A model generated the notes under the pieces. It was not told where the DNA came from and made no database searches. It saw only the letters and a list, made by a program, of their open reading frames with translations. Below are positions 46,979 to 56,850 of a DNA stretch of 64,000 bases, one piece after another; within the stretch, counting starts at the first letter, position 1; each line of letters starts with the position of its first letter. Source of the stretch: Vulcanimicrobiota bacterium (GTDB lineage: Bacteria; Vulcanimicrobiota; Vulcanimicrobiia; Vulcanimicrobiales; Vulcanimicrobiaceae); contig CAVTCS010000003.1 of assembly GCA_963733295.1 (NCBI GenBank), positions 1,728,001 through 1,792,000 on the forward strand, given 5' to 3'. A program made the position numbers and the translations under genes.

Positions 46979-48169
46979 CTAATAGACTGGTAGCTCGATA
47001 TCGTCGCGTAGTTCAGCGCCTATCAACCGGTCCGCCAGCCATGGGATGCCAAGCAGATCGATCGCGGCGTTGCGCAGCCAGAGTGAGACTCTCGTCTTGG
47101 GTGCAAACGATGATGCAAAGCGCAGCGCTGCCCGCTGCTTCGCTCGGACAAGAGGACCAAAACGCTGTTGATACCGTTCAAACGCCGCCGCATAGTCGCC
47201 GCCGGCGCGATAAAGTTCGCCGGCTAGAATGTACGCCGCAGTCATCGCAAGCCCACAGCCCTCGCCGGCAAGCAGCGAAACGCAGGATGCGGCATCCCCG
47301 ACCAGTGCAATGCGTCCCTGAGACCACGCGTGTGGCGGCTCGATCCGGACTTGGCTGACGCGATCGAAATACCAATCACCGGCACGATCGAGCGCCCTGA
47401 GCATTTCAGGAATCTCCCACTTGCAACCGGCGAACCGGTCGTGCAACAGCGCCCGCTGATCGTTCGGATCGGGGAACCGTTCCCCGTCCCGATCAAGGAA
47501 CGTGAGGAGTACCATCGTACGATCGTCGCGCATTGAGAAGCGCGCTGCCTGACGGCCAACCTCGCTGTACATCACATAGACAAGCTCATCTCGCGGCGAA
47601 TAACGATCTATCTCGAATGCGGCCGCGCCGATGCCGAGGTACTTCTCAGAAGGATCCTTTGAACCGAACATGAGTTCGCGAACCCGCGAATGCAAACCAT
47701 CAGCGCCGACGACGAGGTCGAAATCGCATGCCGTCCCCCGTTCAAACTCGACATGAACGCCGTTTGCGCGTTGCTCCATCCGCTCGATCGCGTCGCCGAA
47801 GATCGTTTCGACGCGGTCCTCAAGCGTTCCGAAGATCGACGCCGCCAGATCCCCGCGCTGCAAACTGACGTAGCGGCCGCCGGTTATGGGTAGAAAGCCG
47901 TCGACGTTTGCTCCGGCGATGCGCCGCCCGCGTGAATCGACGATGCGGAGCTCGCGGACCTCGTAGCCCGCTTGCTTCACTGCGGGCAAGATCCCCATGC
48001 GGCTTGCGATTTCGTAGCCGGAGCCCCAGAAATCGATGACGTAACCACCCGTTCGAAATCTGTCGGCGCGTTCGATCAACACGGGTTTCCACCCATAATG
48101 GGCGAGCCAATACGCTAGTGTCGGCCCGGCGATTCCTGCACCTGAGATCAGCACGTTCATGCTCGGCAC
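46979..48169 (-). CDS. FAD-dependent monooxygenase/oxidoreductase
   Basis: ISGAGIAG, VGADGLHS, LVGDAA motifs. Confidence 0.92.
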   Translation of the reverse strand: MPSMNVLISGAGIAGPTLAYWLAHYGWKPVLIERADRFRTGGYVIDFWGSGYEIASRMGILPAVKQAGYEVRELRIVDSRGRRIAGANVDGFLPITGGRYVSLQRGDLAASIFGTLEDRVETIFGDAIERMEQRANGVHVEFERGTACDFDLVVGADGLHSRVRELMFGSKDPSEKYLGIGAAAFEIDRYSPRDELVYVMYSEVGRQAARFSMRDDRTMVLLTFLDRDGERFPDPNDQRALLHDRFAGCKWEIPEMLRALDRAGDWYFDRVSQVRIEPPHAWSQGRIALVGDAASCVSLLAGEGCGLAMTAAYILAGELYRAGGDYAAAFERYQQRFGPLVRAKQRAALRFASSFAPKTRVSLWLRNAAIDLLGIPWLADRLIGAELRDDIELPVY

Positions 48170-48184
48170 GACGGAGGGCGAGGC

Positions 48185-49698
48185 TTAGGCAGAGGGCGAC
48201 GCAGCCGGTTCGGGCCTGATCAGGTCGTCATCCAGCAGAATATCGGTCGGTCCGTCGATCGAGCGCACGACGTAGTGTTTGTAGTGCGGGATGACGATGC
48301 AGGCGCTTTGCGGGTCGGGGACCGAACACGGCTGGAACGGTGCTTTGACACGGTCGCCGGATGCGCCGACGATTTCGTCAATCGTGCCCAACTCCGTTCC
48401 TATCAAGCGGCATGAGTCGCCGTGCAGCGTCGGGCATTCAATCTTGACGACCGTCGGCGCGCGCACGAACGTGCCGGGCAGCGGAACCCAGACGCTCCGA
48501 GCCTTCGAGCTAGCGTCGATCAGTTGTACCTCGAGTGCTCCAAAGGAATCGTTGCCCAGGAGAGCTTCGGGTTCGAATGTGAGGTCTAGCTGGTTCGTAC
48601 CGACTAGCAACGATGCAACTTCCGGTACCGCTCGACCAGCTTGCGCGCCGGGAACAAGACCGCTACACGAACCTCAACTTGCGTCGCCGCAGGCATCAGC
48701 GCGCTCTCCGAGCTGAGCGTCACCTTGGTCGGTACGGTCGAGACGTGGATCCTTTCGTTTGGAAGGATCGAGGGCGGCGAGAGCAATGGGCGCCGGTTGC
48801 GAACGATTAAGGGGAAGACGCGCACGACGTCGTTGCGCTCGAGGAGTGGCGCGCTTACCGTGGCGCCTGGCGTGATCGGTTGGGCAACGGCTGGCCCAGT
48901 AAAACACGCCACCGCCGACGTGGACGACGTATCTTTTGAATACCGCGCGTCGCCGATGCGGAGCGCGTCGACGGCGCCGAAGCGCGACCCGGTCAGTGCG
49001 ACTTCTCGATCGCCGGCATGTGCGACGGCGGCTCCCTCAGAGGTCGAAACGGCCGGAGCGGTATCGCCGATTCGAACCGCTCGTACGGCAACGATCTGCG
49101 CCAAGCCGCTTTCGAACGCCGGGTCCTCCTGAACAAAGACGATTTCCGCCGGACCCGGGGTAAAGGCATCACCGAGATCGGCGTGCAGTGCGACCCGCCC
49201 TGGAGCAAAGGGTTTGACGGTCAACGGGATGCTCGCTGAGTGACCTTGGCGAAGCTCCGCGCCGGTTAAGCACGGAACGGTCCGATCGAGCACCGTCCAC
49301 GACGCATCATGCGGCAACGCGACGGCGAGCGGCGCTGCCGGTAGCGTAACGCCGTTGCGGGTGACGGTCGCGTCGATTCGCGCGCTCGCTCCGCCGGTAC
49401 TCGCCGTGATCGTGAACGGTACGTCGGCGAGCACTGGCCGCGTCGACGGCGCCACGGCGCCGGAGATCAAGACGAGAGCCACCGCGGCGATTTGCGTTCT
49501 TCTAAAGGGTCTCAACCTGTATCCCCAAACCACCGCGTGCGTTCGACGACCAAGTGCTCTTTCCTTAGCGAGCCTCGTCTCCGGACGCGTTTCCTGACTG
49601 CTTAGCTGCTCCGCCAAGTCGACGACCCTTCCGAGCCATCTCGGCCCTGCGTGCAAGCTTTTCTTGGCGCAGTTCAGCGACCCGGGAAACCGAGCCAA
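48185..49698 (-). pseudogene. Secreted hypothetical protein split by a frameshift near 48670 (start uncertain)
   Basis: ORFs 48604-49698 and 48185-48610 overlap, and the second frame extends upstream as SCSGLVPGAQAGRAVPEVASLL. Signal-like segment IAAVALVLISGA. Confidence 0.5.
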
Positions 49699-49869
49699 AA
49701 CGGCACTTTGCTTCTTATTTAGCCGTGCCCGTTGACGTACTACTTCACTTTATACGTAGATCGATGCTGCTGCCATTCGCAGCGATGGCCGTTTGCCGAG
49801 CGCAAGAGGAACTCTCGGCCCGCTCATTCGAGAAGAATAAAGTGGCGCACGCTAGAAGCCAAACATGTA

Positions 49870-50283
49870 GTGTTAGGGGGATACAGATCCGCACTCCGCG
49901 CGACAGTCGTTGCAAGCGCCGCACCGTACGGATACACTCTTACTATCTGGACGAGTGGCGCCGTGCTCTCCCACGCGCGCGGAATTCCGAATACCGGCGA
50001 GGCGCTTTTCTTTCTGATTGGCGCAGTCGTCGCATACGCACTTGTGGGTGGATTGGCCTTCGTCGAGGTAGAGGGAGCGCTCGCACTGCATCCGGCACGA
50101 GCCGTCGTCTGGGGCGGACTTCACATCTTTTCTGTCGGTCTCGCGATCGGCGCGGCCTCTCTCGTTGCGCACACGATCCGAAATGTGGCTGCATGGCCGC
50201 TCGGAGGCTTCCTTGCCACCGCCATCTACCTCACGGGATCGGCGCTGCAACTCGCCTTTGCCCATGCGGCGCGGCACCGTTAG
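49870..50283 (+). CDS. Small 4-TM hypothetical membrane protein (start uncertain)
   Basis: LRATVVASAAPYGYTLTIW...AWPLGGFLATAIYL hydrophobic segments. Confidence 0.65.
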   Translation: MLGGYRSALRATVVASAAPYGYTLTIWTSGAVLSHARGIPNTGEALFFLIGAVVAYALVGGLAFVEVEGALALHPARAVVWGGLHIFSVGLAIGAASLVAHTIRNVAAWPLGGFLATAIYLTGSALQLAFAHAARHR

Positions 50284-50379
50284 CGGACTCCGCGCGACCA
50301 CGGGGCGAACGGCGAGCGCTGCTCGGCACCACCGCGGAGCTGAACTCGCTCGTGTTAGCGTGATGGGCTTCGCACCGGC

Positions 50380-50934
50380 GTGCTGAGGAACCGCGCGCGC
50401 GCGACCTTCCGTGTCGTGGCGATTCTCGCGGTGCTTCAGTGCGTCTCTTCGGGAACTCGGCCTGCGCTTGCAGAGCAACCCCGTCCCACGGCATCACCTG
50501 CTGGAACGCCCATTCCGCTCTTCCAGCCGATTCTCGCAGCACTTCACGCCGGTACAAGAGTGCCGATTCTCTTGCCCACATGGGTTCCTCAATTTCCAGT
50601 TTCAGGAACAACGCTCACGGCTATCTTAATTCATGTGAGCAGTCGTGGATATGAAATTCACCTCAATGTAGCGATAGCGGGTTGCCCCTCCGAAGGCTGT
50701 TTCGCCGGACTCATCGATTCGGACCCGGCGATCGGCCCAATTGATACGTCCGTTCTCTCCTCGAGCCAAAGGGTAACTCTCAGCAATGGGCTGCACGGTT
50801 ATGTGGGCGAGCCTCTTGGCGCCCCGGCAGTTATTATCTGGGATCGGCGAGGTCGTCGCTACACGATGGCCTTCCCGGTGGTCAACGTTCCCCAAGACCT
50901 GTTGACAATGGCCAATTCGATGACGGCGTATTAA
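50380..50934 (+). CDS. Secreted hypothetical protein
   Basis: Signal peptide ending ALA; VPILLPT motif and a Cys pair. Confidence 0.6.
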   Translation: MLRNRARATFRVVAILAVLQCVSSGTRPALAEQPRPTASPAGTPIPLFQPILAALHAGTRVPILLPTWVPQFPVSGTTLTAILIHVSSRGYEIHLNVAIAGCPSEGCFAGLIDSDPAIGPIDTSVLSSSQRVTLSNGLHGYVGEPLGAPAVIIWDRRGRRYTMAFPVVNVPQDLLTMANSMTAY

Positions 50935-51127
50935 AGACGCTACAATTGCCCGTTCATAGCTAAGGCCGCACGAGATCGATCTCGCTAGTAAGTTCCGTCG
51001 GTGTATCGTCGTACTGGGCGTGCGTTCATATTGGCCCAGGGAACAAGCGTCGGTGAAACAGTCGATCCGCCTTCGGGTGCAATATCGGCCGACAAGTCAA
51101 ATCGTCCGTAGCTGCACGAGGCAGGCC

Positions 51128-51514
51128 CTACTCGGGTCCAGCGAGGCCCATGAGATTGCCTTCGGGATCACAAAAGTGCGCGACGACGAGCTTGCCACTG
51201 GGGTTTCTCGCCGGACCCATGACGCGTTTACCACCGAGCCTCTCGACGTTCTTCAGCGCGGCGGTAACATTCGGTACGCCGACGTAGAAAATCGTGTGAC
51301 TCGCGTAATTGGCGCCTCCCCCGATGCCGCCGGGAATTCCGACGCCGTCGGGTGTCACGTTACGATCGATGAAGCCATAATTGCCCGGTTCGGAAACGTC
51401 CTCCGCTACAGGCGAGTTCGTGTCGAACCGCCATCCGAAAAGCTCACCGTAATAATCCCGGAGCTTCGGTGCGTCCTTCCCGATAATCTCGAAATGCACG
51501 ACCAGATTGCTCAA
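51128..51514 (-). CDS. VOC/glyoxalase-family protein
   Basis: VVHFEIIGKD...YYGELFGW, FCDPEGNLMGL; TTG start after a GGAAGGGG RBS. Confidence 0.88.
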   Translation of the reverse strand: MSNLVVHFEIIGKDAPKLRDYYGELFGWRFDTNSPVAEDVSEPGNYGFIDRNVTPDGVGIPGGIGGGANYASHTIFYVGVPNVTAALKNVERLGGKRVMGPARNPSGKLVVAHFCDPEGNLMGLAGPE

Positions 51515-51683
51515 GGCGACCCCCTTCCGAAGTGGCGGCACGATGCGCGACTGTTTAGCTAAATCCGCTGCCTTTGTCCTACCTAAGAAAGAGCTTCCCG
51601 AACCGTCTGCGACCTCGGCGAGGGCCATACGAGTGTCAGCACAAGCCCGCTCCAGGAGCGTAGCTTCAGCGACGAAAGTTGCG

Positions 51684-52681
51684 GCGACGCTTCTCACTTA
51701 ACAACGCCCCGCAAGCATCGGGAGTAATCGGCCTCGATCGTTTCGAAGCGCTGCCTTATGGTAGCGATTCTCGGAGCTGGGGGTCCCATTGGGACCGCGC
51801 TCGCCGATTTGCTTGTGGCGAACGGCACGCCGCTTCGCCTAGTCGCGCGACATCCAAAGGCCATGGCCGGCGCTGAAATCGCCGCTGCCGATCTTGCCGA
51901 TCCGGAGCAAACGCTTGCGGCGGTGAAGGGCGCCGACGTTGCCTGCCTGCTGGTGGGACTCAAGTACGATTTCGCGACTTGGCGAGAGCTTTGGCCGCGC
52001 ATCATGCGCAACGCAATCGACGCATGCAAGCGCACCGGGACCAAAATGCTCTTTTTTGACAACGTCTACATGTACGGGCACGTGGATAAACCGATGACCG
52101 AGGCGACGCCCTACCGTCCATGCAGCAAGAAGGGCGAGATTCGCGCGCGCATCGCCAACGAACTCATGGACGCGGTAAACGCGGGAGATCTCACCGCAAT
52201 GATCGCGCGCTCGGCCGATTTCTACGGACCACGCACGAAGAGCGGGGTTCCGAATGTTCTGGTATTCGAACCGTTCGCAAAACACGGCACGGCCTCGTGG
52301 CTCGTGAACGCGCACGTCCCGCATTCGTTCACTTTTACGTCCGACGCCGCCAAGGGTGTCGCCATGCTGATCGAAAGCGCGTCGGCGTGGAATCAAATTT
52401 GGCACCTTCCGACCACACCGGACCCGCCGACCGGCAAAGCTTTCATCCAGATCGCGGCCGCGGCGTTCGGCGTGCCCGCGAAGTATCGCGTGCTCGGCAA
52501 ACCGATGCTGCGAGTCGTGGGCCTGTTCGACCCGATCGTGCGCGAGTCGCTGGAAATGCTGTACCAAAGCTCCGGACCGTATCTCTTCGATTCGACAAAG
52601 TTCGCGACGAAATTCGGCTTCGTCGGGACTCCCTACGCCGAGGGAATCGCTATTGCAGCGAACTCCTACCTTAAGTAGAGC
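51684..52681 (+). repeat. Direct repeat copy 2 (about 1 kb)
   Basis: Same ends as copy 1 (GCGACGCTTCTC...CTTAAGTAGAGC). Confidence 0.95.
51758..52678 (+). CDS. NAD-dependent epimerase/dehydratase, copy 2
   Basis: 306 aa; 3 amino-acid differences from copy 1. Confidence 0.9.
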   Translation: MVAILGAGGPIGTALADLLVANGTPLRLVARHPKAMAGAEIAAADLADPEQTLAAVKGADVACLLVGLKYDFATWRELWPRIMRNAIDACKRTGTKMLFFDNVYMYGHVDKPMTEATPYRPCSKKGEIRARIANELMDAVNAGDLTAMIARSADFYGPRTKSGVPNVLVFEPFAKHGTASWLVNAHVPHSFTFTSDAAKGVAMLIESASAWNQIWHLPTTPDPPTGKAFIQIAAAAFGVPAKYRVLGKPMLRVVGLFDPIVRESLEMLYQSSGPYLFDSTKFATKFGFVGTPYAEGIAIAANSYLK

Positions 52682-53476
52682 GCTGCCCTCATCCCTGCCC
52701 TGTACTGCGGTTCGTGGCAGTGGAACAGGGAGATCGCTGCCCTTGCGCCCACGTACGACATCTACGCGGTAACCCTACCGGGGTTCGACGGGCGCGCGCC
52801 CGACAATACTCCCCCGCTGATGCAGCGCGCGACGAGCAGCCTTCTGCAGCTCATACGTACGCGTAAACTCGACCGCCCGATTATCATCGGTCACAGCCTC
52901 GGCGCGACGCTCGCGGTCCTCTTTGGCGAATCGTACCCGGATGCGGCGCGCGGCATCGTCGCCGTCGACGGCGGATATCCAGTGGCGCCAACGGCCGCGG
53001 CGCGCGAACGGCGGGCTGAAGCGAGCTCGAAACCGTTTTTTGGTGTCGACGCGGCAACGTTTGCGCGAAACCTGCGCACCCTTCAGCTGCAGTACGTCAT
53101 CACGAGCAAGCGCGATGTGGATAGCGTTTCTCGGTATGCCGACCGCAGCGACCCCACATCCGTCGCGCTGTGGATGCGCGCTGCGCTTTCCATGGACCTG
53201 ACGCCGAAACTGGGCGTCATTTGGGTTTCGTTCACCGAGATCGTGCCCTACAGCGAGGAGATCGATCCCTACAACGGTTTCCCGTCACTCATCGCCAAGC
53301 GCGACGCGTACCTGACGTGGCTCGCGCATGCCGGCGATGGCCACCTCGTCATGATCGACCATTCTCGTCACTTTGTCATGTTCGACCAACCTCAAGCCTT
53401 CGATTCCGCCTTGCTCTCAACGATCGCGCAGATCGTGGCGCACGGCGCCCCTCTAACGCACGGGGTTGGGCGCTAG
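52682..53476 (+). pseudogene. Alpha/beta hydrolase lacking its 5' end
   Basis: Frame reads LIPALYCGSWQW...YAVTLPGFDG upstream of ATG 52820, with GHSLG nucleophile and HFVMFDQP. It abuts the repeat end. Confidence 0.75.
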
Positions 53477-53524
53477 CGGGACGGTCTGGCCGGGCGCGGT
53501 TCCGCAGCTTGTGAGCGCCGGAGT

Positions 53525-55993
53525 TTAGAAACGCCGGATAATCGAGAGATTGAACGCGGTGCCTTGCAGCGCGTAAGCGTCTTGCGGAATGACCTGGTTG
53601 AGTCCACCGTACGTGACGCCGCCGTTTGGATTCGTGAACTCATCGTCGTAGACGTTGGTCAAGTTGGTGCCGCTCAAACTGATCTCGTAAGACCGGAACC
53701 GGTAACCGACGTGAGCGGCAAGCGTCGCATACTGCGGCTGATTGAGTTCGTTGTACAGGCTCTCGTACACGAAATCCATGCCGTAAGTAAATCCGAGCGG
53801 GGGCGCGGCCGCGAGCGTCAGCACAAACTTGTGCAAAGGTAACCCCTGCGCTTGCTCGCCGACGACGAGCGTTCCGTCTTGAATCTCCGCCGGAATCGAC
53901 GTGAGGAAGGCGCTGCGGACTGCCCATCCAGCACGTAGCACCGTGAAGGGACCGAAGTTGTGCTGTGCTGAGAGTTCTATCCCTTGATACACGCCGTCAC
54001 CCGCGTTCACCGGATAGCTTAGGGGGCATTGCGTTCCATCGCCCCCCGCCGAGATAGGCCCGCATTGGGGATTCAGCGGCAAGTTCAAGGGCGCGGCCGG
54101 CTGGCGCAGGTTGACGCGATAGACGTCTGCGGCCAGCGTGGTTTGATTTACTCCGCTGCTCAGGATCCGATCGAAACCAAGACCGTATTCGGTAGCTTCG
54201 TCCGGTTTGAGATTGGGATTGCCGACCGAGATGTAATTCCCGACGACGACCGGCAGCGGATTCGGGACGACCAGCTCCGGAAGCTGCGGAGCTTGAAACG
54301 TCGTTCCGGCCGAGATCCGCAGCGCAGTCCGCGAATCGGGAGTAAACACGAATCCGACGCGCGGGTCAAGGTAGTTTCCGAAAAGCGACAGTTGGCTATA
54401 ATACGCTGCCGCAATGAAGTGCAGCGCCGGGTCCGGATTGTAGGTATAACGTAGCGCCAGCGAGCGCATGGTTTGGCCCAGCGGGAGGCTTTGAACACCC
54501 GCAGTCGATGAGCTCGATCCGGACGAATCGTCCGGGGTGCGTCGCACGACGTCCTCCTCGTTCACCACGCCGGAGACAAAATCGGTGAGCAGCTCCTCGT
54601 TACGAATTTCGTATTGCAGCGTCAGCGCTCCGTTTCCGATGCGGTGCTCTAACTGCAGCGTTTCGTCGTTCAGCTGATCGCGCGAGTTGTCGAGATAGGG
54701 TGATGTATCTGCGCCTGGCCCGAAGACCGACTCGTCGACCACGGAACCGTAATGTCGGAAGAGGAGGGTAGTGGCGGCAACGCCGCTCGGACCGGCGGCC
54801 CCGAGCGGTACTGAGACGTCGAGACCGTATGCCGAGTTGTGCGTCTGCAGCGTCGTGCCCGCGAAGCTGTCGACGATCGGCATTCCGGGCGGCGCCGCTT
54901 CACTTCCGTCCGGCGTCGCATAGGTCGTTAAGCCTGCCGAAAGGTCGCGGAACGAGCTTTGGTCGTGAAACGAAAACTCGGCGTAGCCCGCGCCCGAACC
55001 GAAGGCATAGCGAAGTTTCGCGATCGTCGAAGATCCGATGTTCTCGCTGCCGACCTGCTGAATCGTGCCGCTCGGCTGGTTAAAGACGAACTCGTTGACT
55101 TGGCCGTCGCCACCCTGGCGGTGTAACGATACCGCGTAACCGAGCCGAGCGTCGAGCGTGCCCGTCGTCTGCAAGGTTGCTCCGAAGGAATCAAACGAGC
55201 CGTAGTTCAGGCGAAAGAGGCCGTGCGCGTCCGCCGTCGGCTCGATCGTCCGGATGTTGATGGCACCGTCGATCGTGTCGGGGCCGACGAGCGACGAGGG
55301 CGAGATGCCGCGCACGAGCTCGATCGAGCTGTAGTCAGCCGGGTCGAGCAACGAGAGATCGAAATCGCCGGTATTGCCGTTATTGATTTGGTGGCCGTCC
55401 ACGTCAACGAGCGTTTCGGTCGGATCGGGTCCACGAATCGCGACCGACGTTGGGAGCACCGTGCTGCCGCCACCCGCCACGTGAAAGATCGTCGTTGTCT
55501 CGTCGTCCTGTAGAACGTCACTGACGCGTGTGAAGCCCTGATCGGCGTACGCTTGCGGATTGATCTTCGTCACGGGGGTCGCCGAGGTCGAGACGGCGTC
55601 GCGCCCGTTGGTAACGACGCGTCCGATCGTCGTGAGCGATGAATCCGAACGTGCCAGCGTAAAGACGAGGCTGGTCGTTTGGCCGGCGCGCACATCGATC
55701 GTCGCGACGGCGGGATTTGCAAAGCTCACGGCACTTACCCGCGCGGAATACGTTCCCGCGAGCACCGACGCGAACGCGAAGTGTCCGTCCTCATCCGAGG
55801 TTGCGGCTAGGTGGGCAGGCCCATCCAGCAATATCCGAGCACCAGCCACTGCGTGGTTGTCGACGCTCGCAACCGAGCCCGCGACGGAGCCTTCGCTTTC
55901 CTCCGCGAGCGCGCTGAGTGGGAAAGCCAGAAGAACTGCGGCCCCGCACAGAGCGCGCCACGCAACGGAAAAGACGAGCAACTGCAAGCGCAC
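53525..55993 (-). CDS. TonB-dependent receptor with N-terminal carboxypeptidase-regulatory-like domain
   Basis: IRG...ETLVDVDG, IELVRG, GAINIRT plug; GNPNLKP; C-terminal Phe. Confidence 0.9.
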   Translation of the reverse strand: MRLQLLVFSVAWRALCGAAVLLAFPLSALAEESEGSVAGSVASVDNHAVAGARILLDGPAHLAATSDEDGHFAFASVLAGTYSARVSAVSFANPAVATIDVRAGQTTSLVFTLARSDSSLTTIGRVVTNGRDAVSTSATPVTKINPQAYADQGFTRVSDVLQDDETTTIFHVAGGGSTVLPTSVAIRGPDPTETLVDVDGHQINNGNTGDFDLSLLDPADYSSIELVRGISPSSLVGPDTIDGAINIRTIEPTADAHGLFRLNYGSFDSFGATLQTTGTLDARLGYAVSLHRQGGDGQVNEFVFNQPSGTIQQVGSENIGSSTIAKLRYAFGSGAGYAEFSFHDQSSFRDLSAGLTTYATPDGSEAAPPGMPIVDSFAGTTLQTHNSAYGLDVSVPLGAAGPSGVAATTLLFRHYGSVVDESVFGPGADTSPYLDNSRDQLNDETLQLEHRIGNGALTLQYEIRNEELLTDFVSGVVNEEDVVRRTPDDSSGSSSSTAGVQSLPLGQTMRSLALRYTYNPDPALHFIAAAYYSQLSLFGNYLDPRVGFVFTPDSRTALRISAGTTFQAPQLPELVVPNPLPVVVGNYISVGNPNLKPDEATEYGLGFDRILSSGVNQTTLAADVYRVNLRQPAAPLNLPLNPQCGPISAGGDGTQCPLSYPVNAGDGVYQGIELSAQHNFGPFTVLRAGWAVRSAFLTSIPAEIQDGTLVVGEQAQGLPLHKFVLTLAAAPPLGFTYGMDFVYESLYNELNQPQYATLAAHVGYRFRSYEISLSGTNLTNVYDDEFTNPNGGVTYGGLNQVIPQDAYALQGTAFNLSIIRRF

Positions 55994-55997
55994 GTCG

Positions 55998-56798
55998 CTA
56001 TTCGATCAGCCGGCCGTCGCGGCGAAACGGATAGGCGCGACGATCGCCGTCGATCGGAACAACGTCGGTGATTAACCGTTGTCCGTCCCAGCGGTGCAGG
56101 TGCAACGCCGGCGGCTCGAGCGTGAACAGCAACGGCGGATGCGCTGCAAGCACGAGTTGATGCGCGGTCGAGGTGCAAACCGAGGCGATTGTCCCGGCGA
56201 ATCGCGTTATCATCGTACGGTGCAGATGACCGCAGAGGACGCGCTCGACATGCGAGTGGCGCGCGACGACTTCCTCGAACGCAGCACGCCCGAAAAAAAC
56301 GTCCTCGTCCATGGACTCAATCCCGCTAGCAAACGGCGGGTGGTGAAGCACGACGACTGTCGGCCGCCGCTCGCCGGCGAGCGCGAGCTCGAGCCAGGCG
56401 AGGCGCTCGGCATCCATCTCGCCGCCGTCGTACCCGGGCCGGGTTGCGTCGAGCACGACGATCCGTAACGGCAACTCGAGCACATAACGAAGCGGCCCTT
56501 CGCGCGGCAAGTAGCCGTGATCCGAAAACGCGGCGCGCAGCGCCTCGCGGTCGTCGTGGTTCCCCATGACGAGGTAGAGCGGCGGTTCGAGCGCCGCCGT
56601 CAGCTCGCGCAAGTGCGCGTACTCCTCGGGCTTTCCGCCGTCGACGAGGTCGCCGGTCGCAAGGACGAGGTCCGGCAACGGCTCCAAGGCGTTGAGGCGC
56701 GCGATCGCTCGGCGCAGATACGCCGCCGTATCGACGACCTCATAGGCGAGCCGCTCCGGCAGCTTGACGTGCAAGTCACTGATTTGCGCGATAATCAC
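55998..56798 (-). CDS. Metallophosphoesterase (CpdA/GpdQ-like phosphodiesterase)
   Basis: SDLH, TGDL, GNHD, HHPP, GHLH motifs. Confidence 0.92.
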   Translation of the reverse strand: MIIAQISDLHVKLPERLAYEVVDTAAYLRRAIARLNALEPLPDLVLATGDLVDGGKPEEYAHLRELTAALEPPLYLVMGNHDDREALRAAFSDHGYLPREGPLRYVLELPLRIVVLDATRPGYDGGEMDAERLAWLELALAGERRPTVVVLHHPPFASGIESMDEDVFFGRAAFEEVVARHSHVERVLCGHLHRTMITRFAGTIASVCTSTAHQLVLAAHPPLLFTLEPPALHLHRWDGQRLITDVVPIDGDRRAYPFRRDGRLIE

Positions 56799-56850
56799 TT
56801 GTCAAACTCGAGCATCAGAGCGCCCGCCCGATCGCCATCAGGGACTCTCG

